DNA from: an uncultured Sphingomonadales bacterium
Lineage (GTDB): Bacteria; Pseudomonadota; Alphaproteobacteria; Sphingomonadales; Govanellaceae
DNA length: 64,000 bases
Reading direction: 5' to 3'
NCBI GenBank assembly: GCA_964508185.1
Contig: CAZDSS010000002.1
Span: 6,674-70,673, forward strand
The notes under the pieces are model-generated. The model did no database searches, was not told the DNA's origin, and worked only from the letters and a program-made list of their open reading frames with translations. This document shows positions 1 to 8,928 of the stretch, piece after piece. Position numbers and translations under genes: made by a program. Position 1 is the stretch's first letter. Each line of letters opens with the position of its first letter.

Positions 1-147
1 CCGCATCTTGCCCGCGATCTCCTCGATCTGGGCCAGCATCTGGGCGCGGACCGCGTCGCGATCCTTGAGACGCTCCACCGACCGCGCCGCGATCTGGAAG
101 GCGAGCGCCGCATAGGGCGCCGGAGTCTTGTCCCCTGCCCCGCTCAT
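1..147 (-). CDS. Partial CDS (first 49 codons, runs off the window edge). Possibly a carbon-nitrogen hydrolase family protein.
   Basis: The minus-strand ATG at 147 overlaps the stop of the upstream FAD-oxidase gene (ATGA at 144-147). Translation is MSGAGDKTPAPYAALAFQIAARSVERLKDRDAVRAQMLAQIEEIAGKMR... The layout resembles the N-terminus of the CN-hydrolase at 27924-29057 (LGVAQSR...KANLQHMLNLID). 49 aa is too short for a firm call. Confidence 0.35.
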   Translation of the reverse strand, partial: MSGAGDKTPAPYAALAFQIAARSVERLKDRDAVRAQMLAQIEEIAGKMR

Positions 148-1712
148 GGCGCGAGCCCCAGACTGCCGGGGTTCATGAGATTGCGCGGGTCCACGTTGCG
201 CTTGATGGCGCGCAGGATCTCCCACGCCCGGGGATCCGTGGTCTCGGCCAGCGGATAGGTGCGCGCGACCTGAAGATGGGTGGCATCAAGCCCCTTGAAG
301 ACATCCACAATCGCGCGCCGCAGCCGCTGCACGAGGGCGCGGGATTCCGCGTTTTCCGGGAAGCGCTTGAGCTTGGCCAGGTGATCGGGCTCCAGCGACC
401 GGCAATGAATGTCGTCGAGCGCATCCGGCCAGAAGAACACGGGCTCGATCAGGCAGGTGGAGGTATCGACGGCGGCGAGCAGCGCGCCCGCGCCGACGCC
501 GAGCCGGTCCATCTCCGCGCTGTTCTCGGAAAACAGCCCCTGGATGCGGTTCCAGCCCTCGATCATGCGGCTGTGCGGCAGGAAGCCGTGCACCGGCACC
601 CAGCGCTCGCCCGCGGGCCCGACCATGGAATTCACCGGCGGGAACGGGTTGGCGCGCATGATCTTGGGGATGGTGTTCTCGATCGCCTTGCCGCCGAAGC
701 GCCGGGCGATCTCGTCGATCGCCGCGAGATCCGCATCCACCGCGGCCTGATGGCGTCCCTCGCATATGAGATGGAGGGAGAACGGCACGTCGTCGAGGAA
801 GGACCGGCCGGCCATCACCACCTTGGCCCCTTCCTTGAGGGCCTTCCAGGCGCTGCCCTGGGCCTTCATCATGTTGACGAGGGCCTTGGCGTCCTTGGAC
901 AGGCTGTCGCGCTTCATGCGCTGGGCCTGGAGATAGGGATCGAAGCCGAAGCTTTCGGAGGCGAGCCCTTCCCGCGCGATGGCGCTCATGGCGCCGAAGA
1001 AGGCGTCGGCGTCCGGCATGGCGAAGGAGCCGTAGGCGAAAGCCTCAGCTTCCCGCACCAGTTTGAGGGTTACCGTGGCCTTGATGCCGAGCGCGCCGCA
1101 ATCGGCGGCGAAGATGCCGGTGACATCGGGCCCGTAGGGCCGGAAGAATTGGGATCCCGTGCTGACGATGGCGCCGTCCGCCAGCACCACCTCGAAGCTC
1201 ACGGCGGCGTTCACCACGGTGCCGTTGCGCGCGCCCCAGAAGATGCCGTTCTGGCTCATGCCGCCGCCGACGGTGGCGTTGATGCCCGAGAGCGTCCCCC
1301 ACACCCTGGCGCGAAGGCCCCTGGGCTTGAGCGCCGCATGGAGCTTGGCCCAGGTGCAGCCCGCCTCGACGGTCGCCGTCATGTCCTCCTCGTTGATCTC
1401 GAGGATGCGGTTCATGGCGGCGGTGTCCACAAGGAGCGCGGCGGAGGTGGGCGCGAGGTACCCGCCCGTATAGCTCATGCCGCCGCCGCGCGGGATGACG
1501 GCAAGACCGGCACTGGTCGCCGCCGCGATCCCGCGGGCGAGCATGTCCTTGTCCGTCGGGCGGAAGATCGCGACCACTTCCGCGCCGCGGGAATAGACGT
1601 CCTGGGAGTAGAAGCGGCGCTCGGCCGCGTCGGTCACGAGATTTTCGGGCCCGACGGCCCGGGCAACGGGATCAAGCACTTCGACAGAAACCACACTTTC
1701 GTGCGCCATCAA
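144..1712 (-). CDS. FAD-binding (PCMH-type, GlcD-like) oxidoreductase
   Basis: 522-aa ORF with the FAD-binding motif AVIPRGGGMSYTGGY and VEAGCTW...LKPRGL. It is a clear paralog of 24913-26496. A 4-bp overlap couples it to the upstream MFS gene. Confidence 0.85.
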   Translation of the reverse strand: MMAHESVVSVEVLDPVARAVGPENLVTDAAERRFYSQDVYSRGAEVVAIFRPTDKDMLARGIAAATSAGLAVIPRGGGMSYTGGYLAPTSAALLVDTAAMNRILEINEEDMTATVEAGCTWAKLHAALKPRGLRARVWGTLSGINATVGGGMSQNGIFWGARNGTVVNAAVSFEVVLADGAIVSTGSQFFRPYGPDVTGIFAADCGALGIKATVTLKLVREAEAFAYGSFAMPDADAFFGAMSAIAREGLASESFGFDPYLQAQRMKRDSLSKDAKALVNMMKAQGSAWKALKEGAKVVMAGRSFLDDVPFSLHLICEGRHQAAVDADLAAIDEIARRFGGKAIENTIPKIMRANPFPPVNSMVGPAGERWVPVHGFLPHSRMIEGWNRIQGLFSENSAEMDRLGVGAGALLAAVDTSTCLIEPVFFWPDALDDIHCRSLEPDHLAKLKRFPENAESRALVQRLRRAIVDVFKGLDATHLQVARTYPLAETTDPRAWEILRAIKRNVDPRNLMNPGSLGLAP

Positions 1713-2977
1713 TGGGCTCCAGCAGGCTCAGCACGCGGGTCGACGAGCTCCTCGACCGTTGGGTAACGCCCGAGGCCGAGCAGCACCGCCCCGCCCGATG
1801 CAAAGAGGATCATGGCCGCCCCGAGGATCAGATCATAGCTCCCCGTGGCGTCGCGCGAGATGCCGTAGAGGATCGGCGATATGGCGGAGCCGATCCCGAA
1901 CGGCATGTAAAGGACGCCGTAGATCTTGCCGTAATGGGCCATGCCGAAATACTTGGCGGCGAGATAGGCGATGACGTCGGATTCCGCCCCCGCCGCGAAG
2001 CCGAGGAGGAAAGCGCCGAGCAGCACCAGGACGAGGCTGGTGCCGGTGCCCATCAGAAGCCAGCAGGCAATCGCCGGCGACAGCAGGGCCGGAAAGGCCA
2101 CGCCCGGCGCCCAGAAGCGGTCGAACAGGAAGCCGACGATCAGGCGCCCGGCGAGAATGCCGACGGCGACGACGCCGAGGACGCTCGCCGCCACATCCGC
2201 CGAAAAGCCGTGGAGCGACACGATCTGCGCGATATGGATATGGGCGCCGCCATAGGCGAAGGCGGTGAGCAGGATGGACGCCATCAGGATCCAGAAGCGG
2301 TAGCCCCGCGCCGCGGTGCGGAGCGTGAGGCCCGAAAGCTGCCCTTGCGCATTGGCGATGCCGGCCGGTCGTTCCTCCGGCCGCGGCTCACGGAACCACA
2401 GCAGGCCGACGGGCAGCGCGATGAACAGCGGCAGCAGCGCCACCACGGGGAACGCCATGCGCCAGCCCCCGGCGGAGATCGCCGCCTGGGCGATCTGCGG
2501 CACCGTGACGGCGGCAAGGCTCGTCCCCAGCAGCATGATGCCGAGGGCGAGGCCGCGATTGCGGTTGAACCACATGCTGATCGCCCGGCTCCAGGTCACC
2601 GGCGTCGAGCCGATGCCGATCGCGCCCAGAACCGCCCAGAACAGCCAGTAGCCGAGCTTCGACTGGGGCAGCAGATAGAAGGACGCGAAGACCAGGGCGA
2701 AAAGAAACAGGGATGTAAGCGCCACGGGGCGGACGCCGAAGCGGTCGGACAGACCACCGAACACCGGCGCCAGCAGCGAGGCGATGATGCCGAATACCGT
2801 CACACCTGCGCTGATCGAGGCGAAATCCCAACCAAACTCCAGATGAATCGGTCCCATGACAAGCGGGAGCACGTTGAAAGGGAGTGGCGAGGCTCCGCAC
2901 GCCACTCCCAGCAACGCTGCAGCCAGCGGCTTGGTGCCCAGTTTGAACTCCGAGCCCGCGCGTTCGGCTAGCGTCAT
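1709..2977 (-). CDS. MFS transporter
   Basis: Polytopic hydrophobic protein with about 12 TM segments. MFS loop motif GGLSDRFGVRP. I chose the ATG at 2977, which is preceded by GAGGAA; the ORF track starts at a GTG at 2992. Confidence 0.85.
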   Translation of the reverse strand: MTLAERAGSEFKLGTKPLAAALLGVACGASPLPFNVLPLVMGPIHLEFGWDFASISAGVTVFGIIASLLAPVFGGLSDRFGVRPVALTSLFLFALVFASFYLLPQSKLGYWLFWAVLGAIGIGSTPVTWSRAISMWFNRNRGLALGIMLLGTSLAAVTVPQIAQAAISAGGWRMAFPVVALLPLFIALPVGLLWFREPRPEERPAGIANAQGQLSGLTLRTAARGYRFWILMASILLTAFAYGGAHIHIAQIVSLHGFSADVAASVLGVVAVGILAGRLIVGFLFDRFWAPGVAFPALLSPAIACWLLMGTGTSLVLVLLGAFLLGFAAGAESDVIAYLAAKYFGMAHYGKIYGVLYMPFGIGSAISPILYGISRDATGSYDLILGAAMILFASGGAVLLGLGRYPTVEELVDPRAEPAGAH

Positions 2978-3007
2978 ACTTTCATTCCTCACAAAAGATG
3001 GCCCGGC

Positions 3008-5503
3008 TTAGAAATTATGCCGGGCGCGAACCATCCACCGCATCGGCGGGTCGAGATAGTAGCCGTTGGCCAGCGAGGTGTTCCCCGCAGTTTCGTTGAA
3101 GCAGTTGGTGCATTCAAGGGCCAGCTGCCACTTCTGTTCGGGACCGTTGAGCGCGAGGCTCGCGTTCACGAACCAGGCCTCACCCGAATAGGAGCCGGTG
3201 ATGAATTCGCCGCTGAACGGGTTCGACGGGAAGCTGCCGTTGGCGCCCGTGATCGAGCCCGAATAGATGCTGAAGTTGCTGGCGGCCACTTCCTGGCTGC
3301 TGCGGTAGCTGAGGTTGACGGACGGCACGAGCGTCATGCCGTTCTGACCGATGGGCTGTTCGTAGCTCGCACCCACCGCCAGGGTCACCTTCGGCGTCCG
3401 GGTCGGCTTGGAGAGCTCGCCCTTGGCGTTCACGATACCCGCGCCGCAGGTGGCCGCGCCGGGACCGCTCGGGATCAAGCCCGCCGCCAGAGCTTCCTGG
3501 CACGCCCGCTGCTGCGCCGCCACGGACTGGATGCCGTACTCGTCCTCATCCGGCGCGTTGCGGTCGATCTTGTACTTCGCGTCCTGCAGGCCGACATTGA
3601 GGTAGAGGCTCATGCGATCGGTCGGCATGTAGGTGAATTCGGCCTCGATACCCTTGTTCTCAAGGCTCGCGAAGTTGCGGGTGATGAAGGTGATGGCGCC
3701 CGTGGGGCCGACGAGACCCGCCGGGGTCTGAAGGTCCGACACGTCCACATAGAACGCGGTGATGTTGGCGCGGAGCCGCCGGTCGAAGAGGTCGGACTTG
3801 ACCCCCGCCTCATAGCTCCAGACCGTTTCCGGACCAAAGGGCTGGAAGGCGTTGGGCGCGGTGCTGCGCGCGTTCCAGCCGCCCGACTTGAAGCCGCGGG
3901 TGGCGGAGGCGAAGAGCATCACGTTGTCCGAGGCCTTGAAGTCGATGGCGAAGCGCGGCGTCCACTTCTTGGTTTCAAGCTCGGTGGGGATCACCTTGTT
4001 GGAGGGGGCGATCAGGTTCTCGTTGACGAGACAGTTCGCCTCGACCGTGCCGTCGTTGCAGGACGCGCGGTTGTCGGTCACCCGCACGGTCTTGGTTTCA
4101 TCCGTGTAGCGGACACCGGCGGTCAGCGTCAGCTGCTCGGTGACATGGAAGTCGGCCTGCAGGTAGCCAGCGTAGGCTTCCGTCTTGTTGTAAAGGAGCC
4201 GGTCGGCGAGGAGCAGCGGCACGCCGGAGCCGAGGGTGAAGACGTCGGCGAAGTCCGTATGGTTCTTTTCGTTGATGTAGTAGCCGCCGCCCACGAAGTC
4301 GACGAGACCGTTGAACAGCGTGCCGTTCAGCTTGATTTCCTGGGTGAACTGCTCGTGCTTGCCGTCGTTGACCACGGTGAAGCCGCCGTGCGGGAAGCCC
4401 TGCACCGGCGGGATGGGATTGCTGAGGGTCGCCCCCGTGCGGCCGTCATAGAAGTCCAGGGCATATTGCTGGACCTGATGTACGTAGCCGGAGATGAAGC
4501 TCAGCGTCAGGTCTTCGCTGATGTCGATGGAGAGATCGGAGGTCGCGAGATCCGTATCCGTCCGGTTGCCCTGCAGGTAATATGCCTTGCGACCCGTGAT
4601 GCCGAGATCGACGAAAGGCGAGTCCGCGGAGGTGCTGCCGGAACGCAGGCCGGTCGTGGCGAAGCGGCCGTTGCAGTCCGAAGGATTGGCCGGGTTGCAT
4701 TCATAGTTCAGGATGTTTTCGGCGTCCGCGGCGATGCGGGCATAGGAGCTGCGCCACCGCACGTTGTCCGCGAAGTCGGCGCGAACGCCAAGGCGGACAC
4801 CCCAGCCGTCCTCGTCATTGAGGCGCTGGTTGGTGGTGACGTTCTTCACGTAGCCGTCGTCATCCTGCCAGTAGCCGGACAGCTTGATCGCGAACTTCTC
4901 GGTGAACGGAACGTCGAAGGAGCCGCGCACCATCATCTTGTCGTAGCGGCCATAGCCCACTTCCGCGTATCCGCCGAACTCCTCGCCCGGATCGCGCATG
5001 ATGACGTTGACCGCGCCGCCCGTGGTGTTGCGCCCGAAGAGCGTGCCCTGCGGACCGCGCAACACTTCGACGCGCTCCACGTCGAAGAGGTTGATGTTGT
5101 TGGCGTTCTGACGGCTGAGATAAATGTCGTCCACATAGGTGCCGACGGGCGGGTCGAAGGTCGGGATCGATTCGGTGTTGCCGAGACCGCGGAGATAGAA
5201 GGCGTTCGCCGTACCCGCGCCCGTGTTGTTCATGGTGATGAGGTTGGGGACGAATCGGCCGAGGTCGAGGGTGTTCGAGATGCCCTGACGCATCAGCTGG
5301 TCGTTGGAGAAGGCGGAGACGGCGATCGGCACGCTTTGCACCGTTTCCTGGCGACGCTGCGCCGTCACGACGATGTCCTCGATGCCGCGCCAGACGGCGG
5401 CGTCCTCCGTGGCCGCAGGCGCCGCGGCGTCCTGCGCATACGCGGAAACTGTCGCCAGCGAGGTCACAAGAGCCGTGCTGGCCACACACAATATTCTCTT
5501 CAT
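3008..5503 (-). CDS. TonB-dependent receptor
   Basis: 831 aa. Signal peptide MKRILCVASTALVTSLATVSAYAQ. Plug region IVVTAQRRQETVQSVPIAVSAF and VEVLRGPQGTLFGRNTTGGAVNV. Beta-barrel ends in Phe. Confidence 0.92.
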   Translation of the reverse strand: MKRILCVASTALVTSLATVSAYAQDAAAPAATEDAAVWRGIEDIVVTAQRRQETVQSVPIAVSAFSNDQLMRQGISNTLDLGRFVPNLITMNNTGAGTANAFYLRGLGNTESIPTFDPPVGTYVDDIYLSRQNANNINLFDVERVEVLRGPQGTLFGRNTTGGAVNVIMRDPGEEFGGYAEVGYGRYDKMMVRGSFDVPFTEKFAIKLSGYWQDDDGYVKNVTTNQRLNDEDGWGVRLGVRADFADNVRWRSSYARIAADAENILNYECNPANPSDCNGRFATTGLRSGSTSADSPFVDLGITGRKAYYLQGNRTDTDLATSDLSIDISEDLTLSFISGYVHQVQQYALDFYDGRTGATLSNPIPPVQGFPHGGFTVVNDGKHEQFTQEIKLNGTLFNGLVDFVGGGYYINEKNHTDFADVFTLGSGVPLLLADRLLYNKTEAYAGYLQADFHVTEQLTLTAGVRYTDETKTVRVTDNRASCNDGTVEANCLVNENLIAPSNKVIPTELETKKWTPRFAIDFKASDNVMLFASATRGFKSGGWNARSTAPNAFQPFGPETVWSYEAGVKSDLFDRRLRANITAFYVDVSDLQTPAGLVGPTGAITFITRNFASLENKGIEAEFTYMPTDRMSLYLNVGLQDAKYKIDRNAPDEDEYGIQSVAAQQRACQEALAAGLIPSGPGAATCGAGIVNAKGELSKPTRTPKVTLAVGASYEQPIGQNGMTLVPSVNLSYRSSQEVAASNFSIYSGSITGANGSFPSNPFSGEFITGSYSGEAWFVNASLALNGPEQKWQLALECTNCFNETAGNTSLANGYYLDPPMRWMVRARHNF

Positions 5504-5577
5504 GTGGTTTCCCTTCCCAAGAATTGCTTCGATACCCCGTGCGGGGATTGCACCTTGACGGCGCTACGCATTTTTGT

Positions 5578-5620
5578 ACTTGTCTGGACAAATTTTCATG
5601 TAATGTACGAACTGTCAAGC
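5578..5620 (-). promoter_or_regulatory. Putative promoter plus operator for the TBDR/MFS/FAD-oxidase operon (operator copy 1, TTGTCTGGACAA at 5580-5591)
   Basis: Read on the minus strand: TTGACA (5618-5613), a 17-nt spacer containing TG, AAATTT, then the palindrome TTGTCCAGACAA. A 43-nt block is 34/43 identical to 29217-29259. Confidence 0.6.
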
Positions 5621-5646
5621 AGCCAAGCATCAAAGGGGAGAAAACG

Positions 5647-6327
5647 ATGGCGCTTTCCGATCTGGCCTATCCCAGTCTGGTCTATTTCCACATGTTTCTC
5701 TTCGTCATGTGGCTTGGCGCCGACGTGGGCGTCTATCTCGCCGGCCAGCATTTCCGAAAACGCGAAATTTATTCGCTGGATCAGCGGATTGCGCTGTTGA
5801 AGCTTCTCGTTCTGATCGACATGACGCCGCGCTCCGCCTGGGCGCTGATGGTGCCGGTGTCGCTCTCCGTCGTCACCATGGGCGGCTACTGGGCGGTGCC
5901 CGCCTGGCTGCTGATTCTCGCCTGGGTCATCGCCGGCATCTGGCTGTGGCTCATCTGGGACGCCCACTATCACGACATGACGCCGCGCGCCGCCCGCAAC
6001 CGGCGAATCGAGAGCTGGCTCCGAATCGGGCTCACGCTGTTCTATCTCTGGCTCGGCATCCAGTCGCTGCTGACCAACGCGCCGCTCGAGCCCGACTGGC
6101 TGGCGTCCAAGGCGCTTCTGTTCGGCCTGATCTTCGCCGCCGCCATCATGATCGACGTCACCTTCAAGCCGGTGGGGCCGCAGCTTGGCCGGCTCCTCAA
6201 GGAAGGCTCCAGCGACGAGACGGAAATTCCGCTGCGCCGGACCATGGACCGCACGCGGGTCTGGGTGCGCATCACCTATCTGCTTCTGGTCATCATCTCC
6301 TATGTGGGCCTGGTGAAGCCATTCTGA
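5647..6327 (+). CDS. Polytopic membrane protein of unknown function (paralog family M, copy 1)
   Basis: 226 aa starting at the ATG at 5647, preceded by AGGGGAG. About 6 TM segments. Shares H-x6-WLGAD and IDxxPR motifs with 26481-27143 and 35900-36583. Confidence 0.8.
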   Translation: MALSDLAYPSLVYFHMFLFVMWLGADVGVYLAGQHFRKREIYSLDQRIALLKLLVLIDMTPRSAWALMVPVSLSVVTMGGYWAVPAWLLILAWVIAGIWLWLIWDAHYHDMTPRAARNRRIESWLRIGLTLFYLWLGIQSLLTNAPLEPDWLASKALLFGLIFAAAIMIDVTFKPVGPQLGRLLKEGSSDETEIPLRRTMDRTRVWVRITYLLLVIISYVGLVKPF

Positions 6328-6359
6328 TGGCTTCACCGCGGCGGATGGCGAAGCGCGAC

Positions 6360-6387
6360 TTGAAATTTGTCTGGACAACCTTATAAG
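6360..6387 (+). promoter_or_regulatory. Putative sigma70-like promoter with embedded operator copy 2 (TTGTCTGGACAA at 6367-6378)
   Basis: TTGAAA (6360-6365), a 16-nt spacer, then TATAAG (6382-6387). The palindrome lies inside the spacer, directly upstream of the CitE-like gene. Confidence 0.55.
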
Positions 6388-6407
6388 CTGTGACCGGGAG
6401 TGAGGAA

Positions 6408-7244
6408 GTGAGCAGAGTGGTATCCTTCGCCAGCATGTTGTTCGTGCCCGGCAGCCGGCCGGAACGCTTCGCCAAGGCGCTGGCGAGCGGCGCCGACATC
6501 GTCTGCATCGACCTTGAGGACGCGGTGCCCGCGGCCGACAAGGCGGCGGCGCGGGCGGCGGCCCTTGAGGCCATTGCCATCATCGACGGACGCGAACGGC
6601 TGGCGCTGCGCATCAACGGCGTCACCACCCGCGCGGGCCTCGAGGATCTGGTGGCGCTCGCCGATGCGGCCGTACCCCCTGCCCTTCTGTTCGTGCCCAA
6701 GGTGGAAAGCAGCGCCGAGATCGCCGTCATCCGCGGCGCTCTGGGCGACAAGGCGCCGGGCATCGTGCCGCTCATCGAAAGCGTCGCAGGCATGGATGCG
6801 ATTCGCGACATCGCCCGGGCGCCGGGTGTCGCCGCCATGATGTTCGGCGGCGGCGACTTTGCGGGCGAACTTGGCGTCGAACTCACCTGGGACGCGCTTG
6901 CGACGGCGCGCGGGCTTTTCGTCATGGCCTGCGCGGGGGCCTGCATTCCGGCGATCGACGTTCCCTATCTCGCCCTCGACGACGCGGAAGGGCTGCTGGC
7001 CGAATGCAGGGCCGTGAAGCGCCTCGGGTTCACCGCCAAGGCGGCGATCCATCCGGCGCAGGTTGCCGCCATCAACGAGACATTTCGTCCCACCGCCGCC
7101 GAGATCGCCGAAGCGCGCGAGGCGGAAGCCGCCTTCATCGCGGCGAACGGTGCGGCGGTCAGATTCAAGGGCCGCATGCTCGAAGCACCGATCATGCGCC
7201 GCTATCAGAGGATTCTAGCAATGGAGAAGATTCACAATGCGTGA
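6408..7244 (+). CDS. HpcH/HpaI aldolase / citrate lyase beta (CitE)-like acyl-CoA lyase. Candidate citramalyl- or malyl-CoA lyase.
   Basis: N-terminus SMLFVPGSRPERFAKALASGADIVCIDLEDAV is typical of CitE-like lyases. I chose the GTG at 6408 (GGGAGTGAGGAA upstream); in-frame GTGs at 6390 and 6417 are alternatives. Confidence 0.85.
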   Translation: MSRVVSFASMLFVPGSRPERFAKALASGADIVCIDLEDAVPAADKAAARAAALEAIAIIDGRERLALRINGVTTRAGLEDLVALADAAVPPALLFVPKVESSAEIAVIRGALGDKAPGIVPLIESVAGMDAIRDIARAPGVAAMMFGGGDFAGELGVELTWDALATARGLFVMACAGACIPAIDVPYLALDDAEGLLAECRAVKRLGFTAKAAIHPAQVAAINETFRPTAAEIAEAREAEAAFIAANGAAVRFKGRMLEAPIMRRYQRILAMEKIHNA

Positions 7245-7746
7245 CGGCGTGATCGAAGTCGAACCCGGACGGTATCGCGAAACCTTCGGGCGTTATTTCG
7301 AGGACTTTGTGGTCGGTCACATCTACGAGCACCGACCCGGCCGGACTATCACGGACACGGACAATGTCTGGTTCACCTTGCTGACCATGAACACCCATCC
7401 GGCCCATTTCGACTATGAATTCGCGAAGAAGACCGAATTCAAGAAGCCGCTGGTCTGCTCGCCCTTCACGGTCGCCCTCATGGTCGGAATGAGCGTCTCC
7501 GACATCAGCCAGAAGGCGGTCGCGAATCTCGGCTGGGACAATATCCGTCTCACCCACCCGCTGTTCCCGGGCGACACCCTTTATGCGGAAAGCGAAGTGA
7601 TCGACAAGCGTGAATCGAGCTCGCGCCCGCAGCAGGGCATCGTCACCGTGAAGACCACGGGCAAGAACCAGCACGGCGACATCGTCTGCACCTTCAACCG
7701 CACCATGCTGATCTGGAAGCGCGGCTTCGGTCCCATGGACGACTAA
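7237..7746 (+). CDS. MaoC-like (R)-specific enoyl-CoA hydratase. Candidate itaconyl- or mesaconyl-CoA hydratase.
   Basis: 169-aa hot-dog fold protein. The sequence context RTITDTDNVWFTLLTMNTHPAHFD is typical of the MaoC dehydratase family. It overlaps the CitE-like gene by 8 nt. Confidence 0.85.
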   Translation: MRDGVIEVEPGRYRETFGRYFEDFVVGHIYEHRPGRTITDTDNVWFTLLTMNTHPAHFDYEFAKKTEFKKPLVCSPFTVALMVGMSVSDISQKAVANLGWDNIRLTHPLFPGDTLYAESEVIDKRESSSRPQQGIVTVKTTGKNQHGDIVCTFNRTMLIWKRGFGPMDD

Positions 7747-7758
7747 GGACCGCCTGAA

Positions 7759-8928
7759 ATGAGTGAAAAAGTCATACGCAGCATCGACCCCGACGAGGAG
7801 GCAGCGCTGCTCGATTCCATCGACAAATGGATCGAGCGCGAGGTCCGGCCCGTGGTCATGCATCACGACCACAACGACATCTGGCCCGCCCATCTCGTGG
7901 AGCAGATGAAGGAAATGGGCCTCTTCGGCGCCACCATTTCCCAGGAATACGGCGGCCTCGGCCTGCCGGCGACGACCTACGCCAAGATCATCTCGCGCAT
8001 CTCGTCCTACTGGATGGCGCTCACCGGCATCGTCAATTCCCACCTCATCATGGCGGCGGCGGTCGAGCGCTTCGGCACGCCCGAACAGAAGGAGGAATGG
8101 CTGCCCAGGTTCGCAAGCGGCGAGATCCGCGGCGGCCTCGCGCTCACCGAGCCTGACGCCGGCACCGACCTCCAGGGGATCCGCACCACGGCGGTGCGCG
8201 ACGGTGACGATTACGTCATCAACGGCACCAAGACCTGGATCACCAACGGCATCGAAGGGAGCTGCTTCGCCCTTCTCGTCAAGACCGATCCCAATGCCGA
8301 GCCGCGCTACAAGGGCATGAGCTTCTTCATCGCCCCCAAGGGCCCCGGCTTCACCGTGGGCAAGAAGCTCGAGAAGCTCGGATACAAGGCAATCGACAGC
8401 GCCGAGCTCGTCTTCGACAACTACCGCGTGCCGGCCAAGAACCTGATCGGCGGCGTCGAGGGCCAGGGCTTCTTCCAGGCGACCGGCGGTCTCGAGCTCG
8501 GCCGCATCAACGTCGCCGCCCGCGGCGTCGGCCTTGCCGAAGGGGCGCTGCGGCTTGCGACCGAATATGCCCAGATCCGCAAGACCATGGGCAAGCCCAT
8601 CTGCGAGCATCAGGCGATCCAGCTCAAGCTCGGCGAGATGGTGACCCGGGCGCGCGCCGCGCGGCTTCTCGTCATGGATGCGGCCAGGGCCTATGACCGC
8701 GGCGAACGCTGCGACATGGAAGCGGGGATGGCCAAGTTCTTCGCCTCCGAGGCGGCGGTGCGCAATTCGGAAGAAGCCATGCGCATCTTCGGCGGCTACA
8801 GCTATTCCAAGGAATACGAGATCGAGCGCTTCTACCGCGACGCGCTTCTGATGTGCATCGGCGAAGGCACCAACGAGATGCAGCGCATCATCATCGCCAA
8901 GCAGTGGGTCAAAAGGAATCCGGTGTGA
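7759..8928 (+). CDS. Acyl-CoA dehydrogenase
   Basis: 389 aa. ACAD motifs GLALTEPDAGTDL and FGGYSYSKEYEIERFYRDA...IGEGTNEMQR. Confidence 0.92.
   Translation: MSEKVIRSIDPDEEAALLDSIDKWIEREVRPVVMHHDHNDIWPAHLVEQMKEMGLFGATISQEYGGLGLPATTYAKIISRISSYWMALTGIVNSHLIMAAAVERFGTPEQKEEWLPRFASGEIRGGLALTEPDAGTDLQGIRTTAVRDGDDYVINGTKTWITNGIEGSCFALLVKTDPNAEPRYKGMSFFIAPKGPGFTVGKKLEKLGYKAIDSAELVFDNYRVPAKNLIGGVEGQGFFQATGGLELGRINVAARGVGLAEGALRLATEYAQIRKTMGKPICEHQAIQLKLGEMVTRARAARLLVMDAARAYDRGERCDMEAGMAKFFASEAAVRNSEEAMRIFGGYSYSKEYEIERFYRDALLMCIGEGTNEMQRIIIAKQWVKRNPV

Noticed and set aside
5500-5571. 23-codon upstream ORF (MRSAVKVQSPHGVSKQFLGRETT) whose TGA overlaps the TBDR ATG at 5503. It is analogous to the leader ORF before the CN-hydrolase.
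   Set aside because: No Shine-Dalgarno sequence precedes its ATG, which directly abuts the operator and the predicted start site. Any ORF in that frame must stop at the ATGA. It is likely a chance ORF.
3017-5800. Very long ORFs antisense to, or out of frame with, the real genes. Examples: 3017-5800 (+) 927 aa, 276-1766 (+), 7192-8610 (-), 37325-39601 (+), 41576-43507 (-), 47810-50734 (+), 51971-54403 (+) and 22573-24747 (+).
   Set aside because: They are shadow ORFs typical of GC-rich DNA. Their translations are Arg/Gly/Ala/Pro/His-rich low-complexity strings with no recognisable motifs and no RBS. Each fully overlaps a gene with clear family signatures on the other strand or in another frame.
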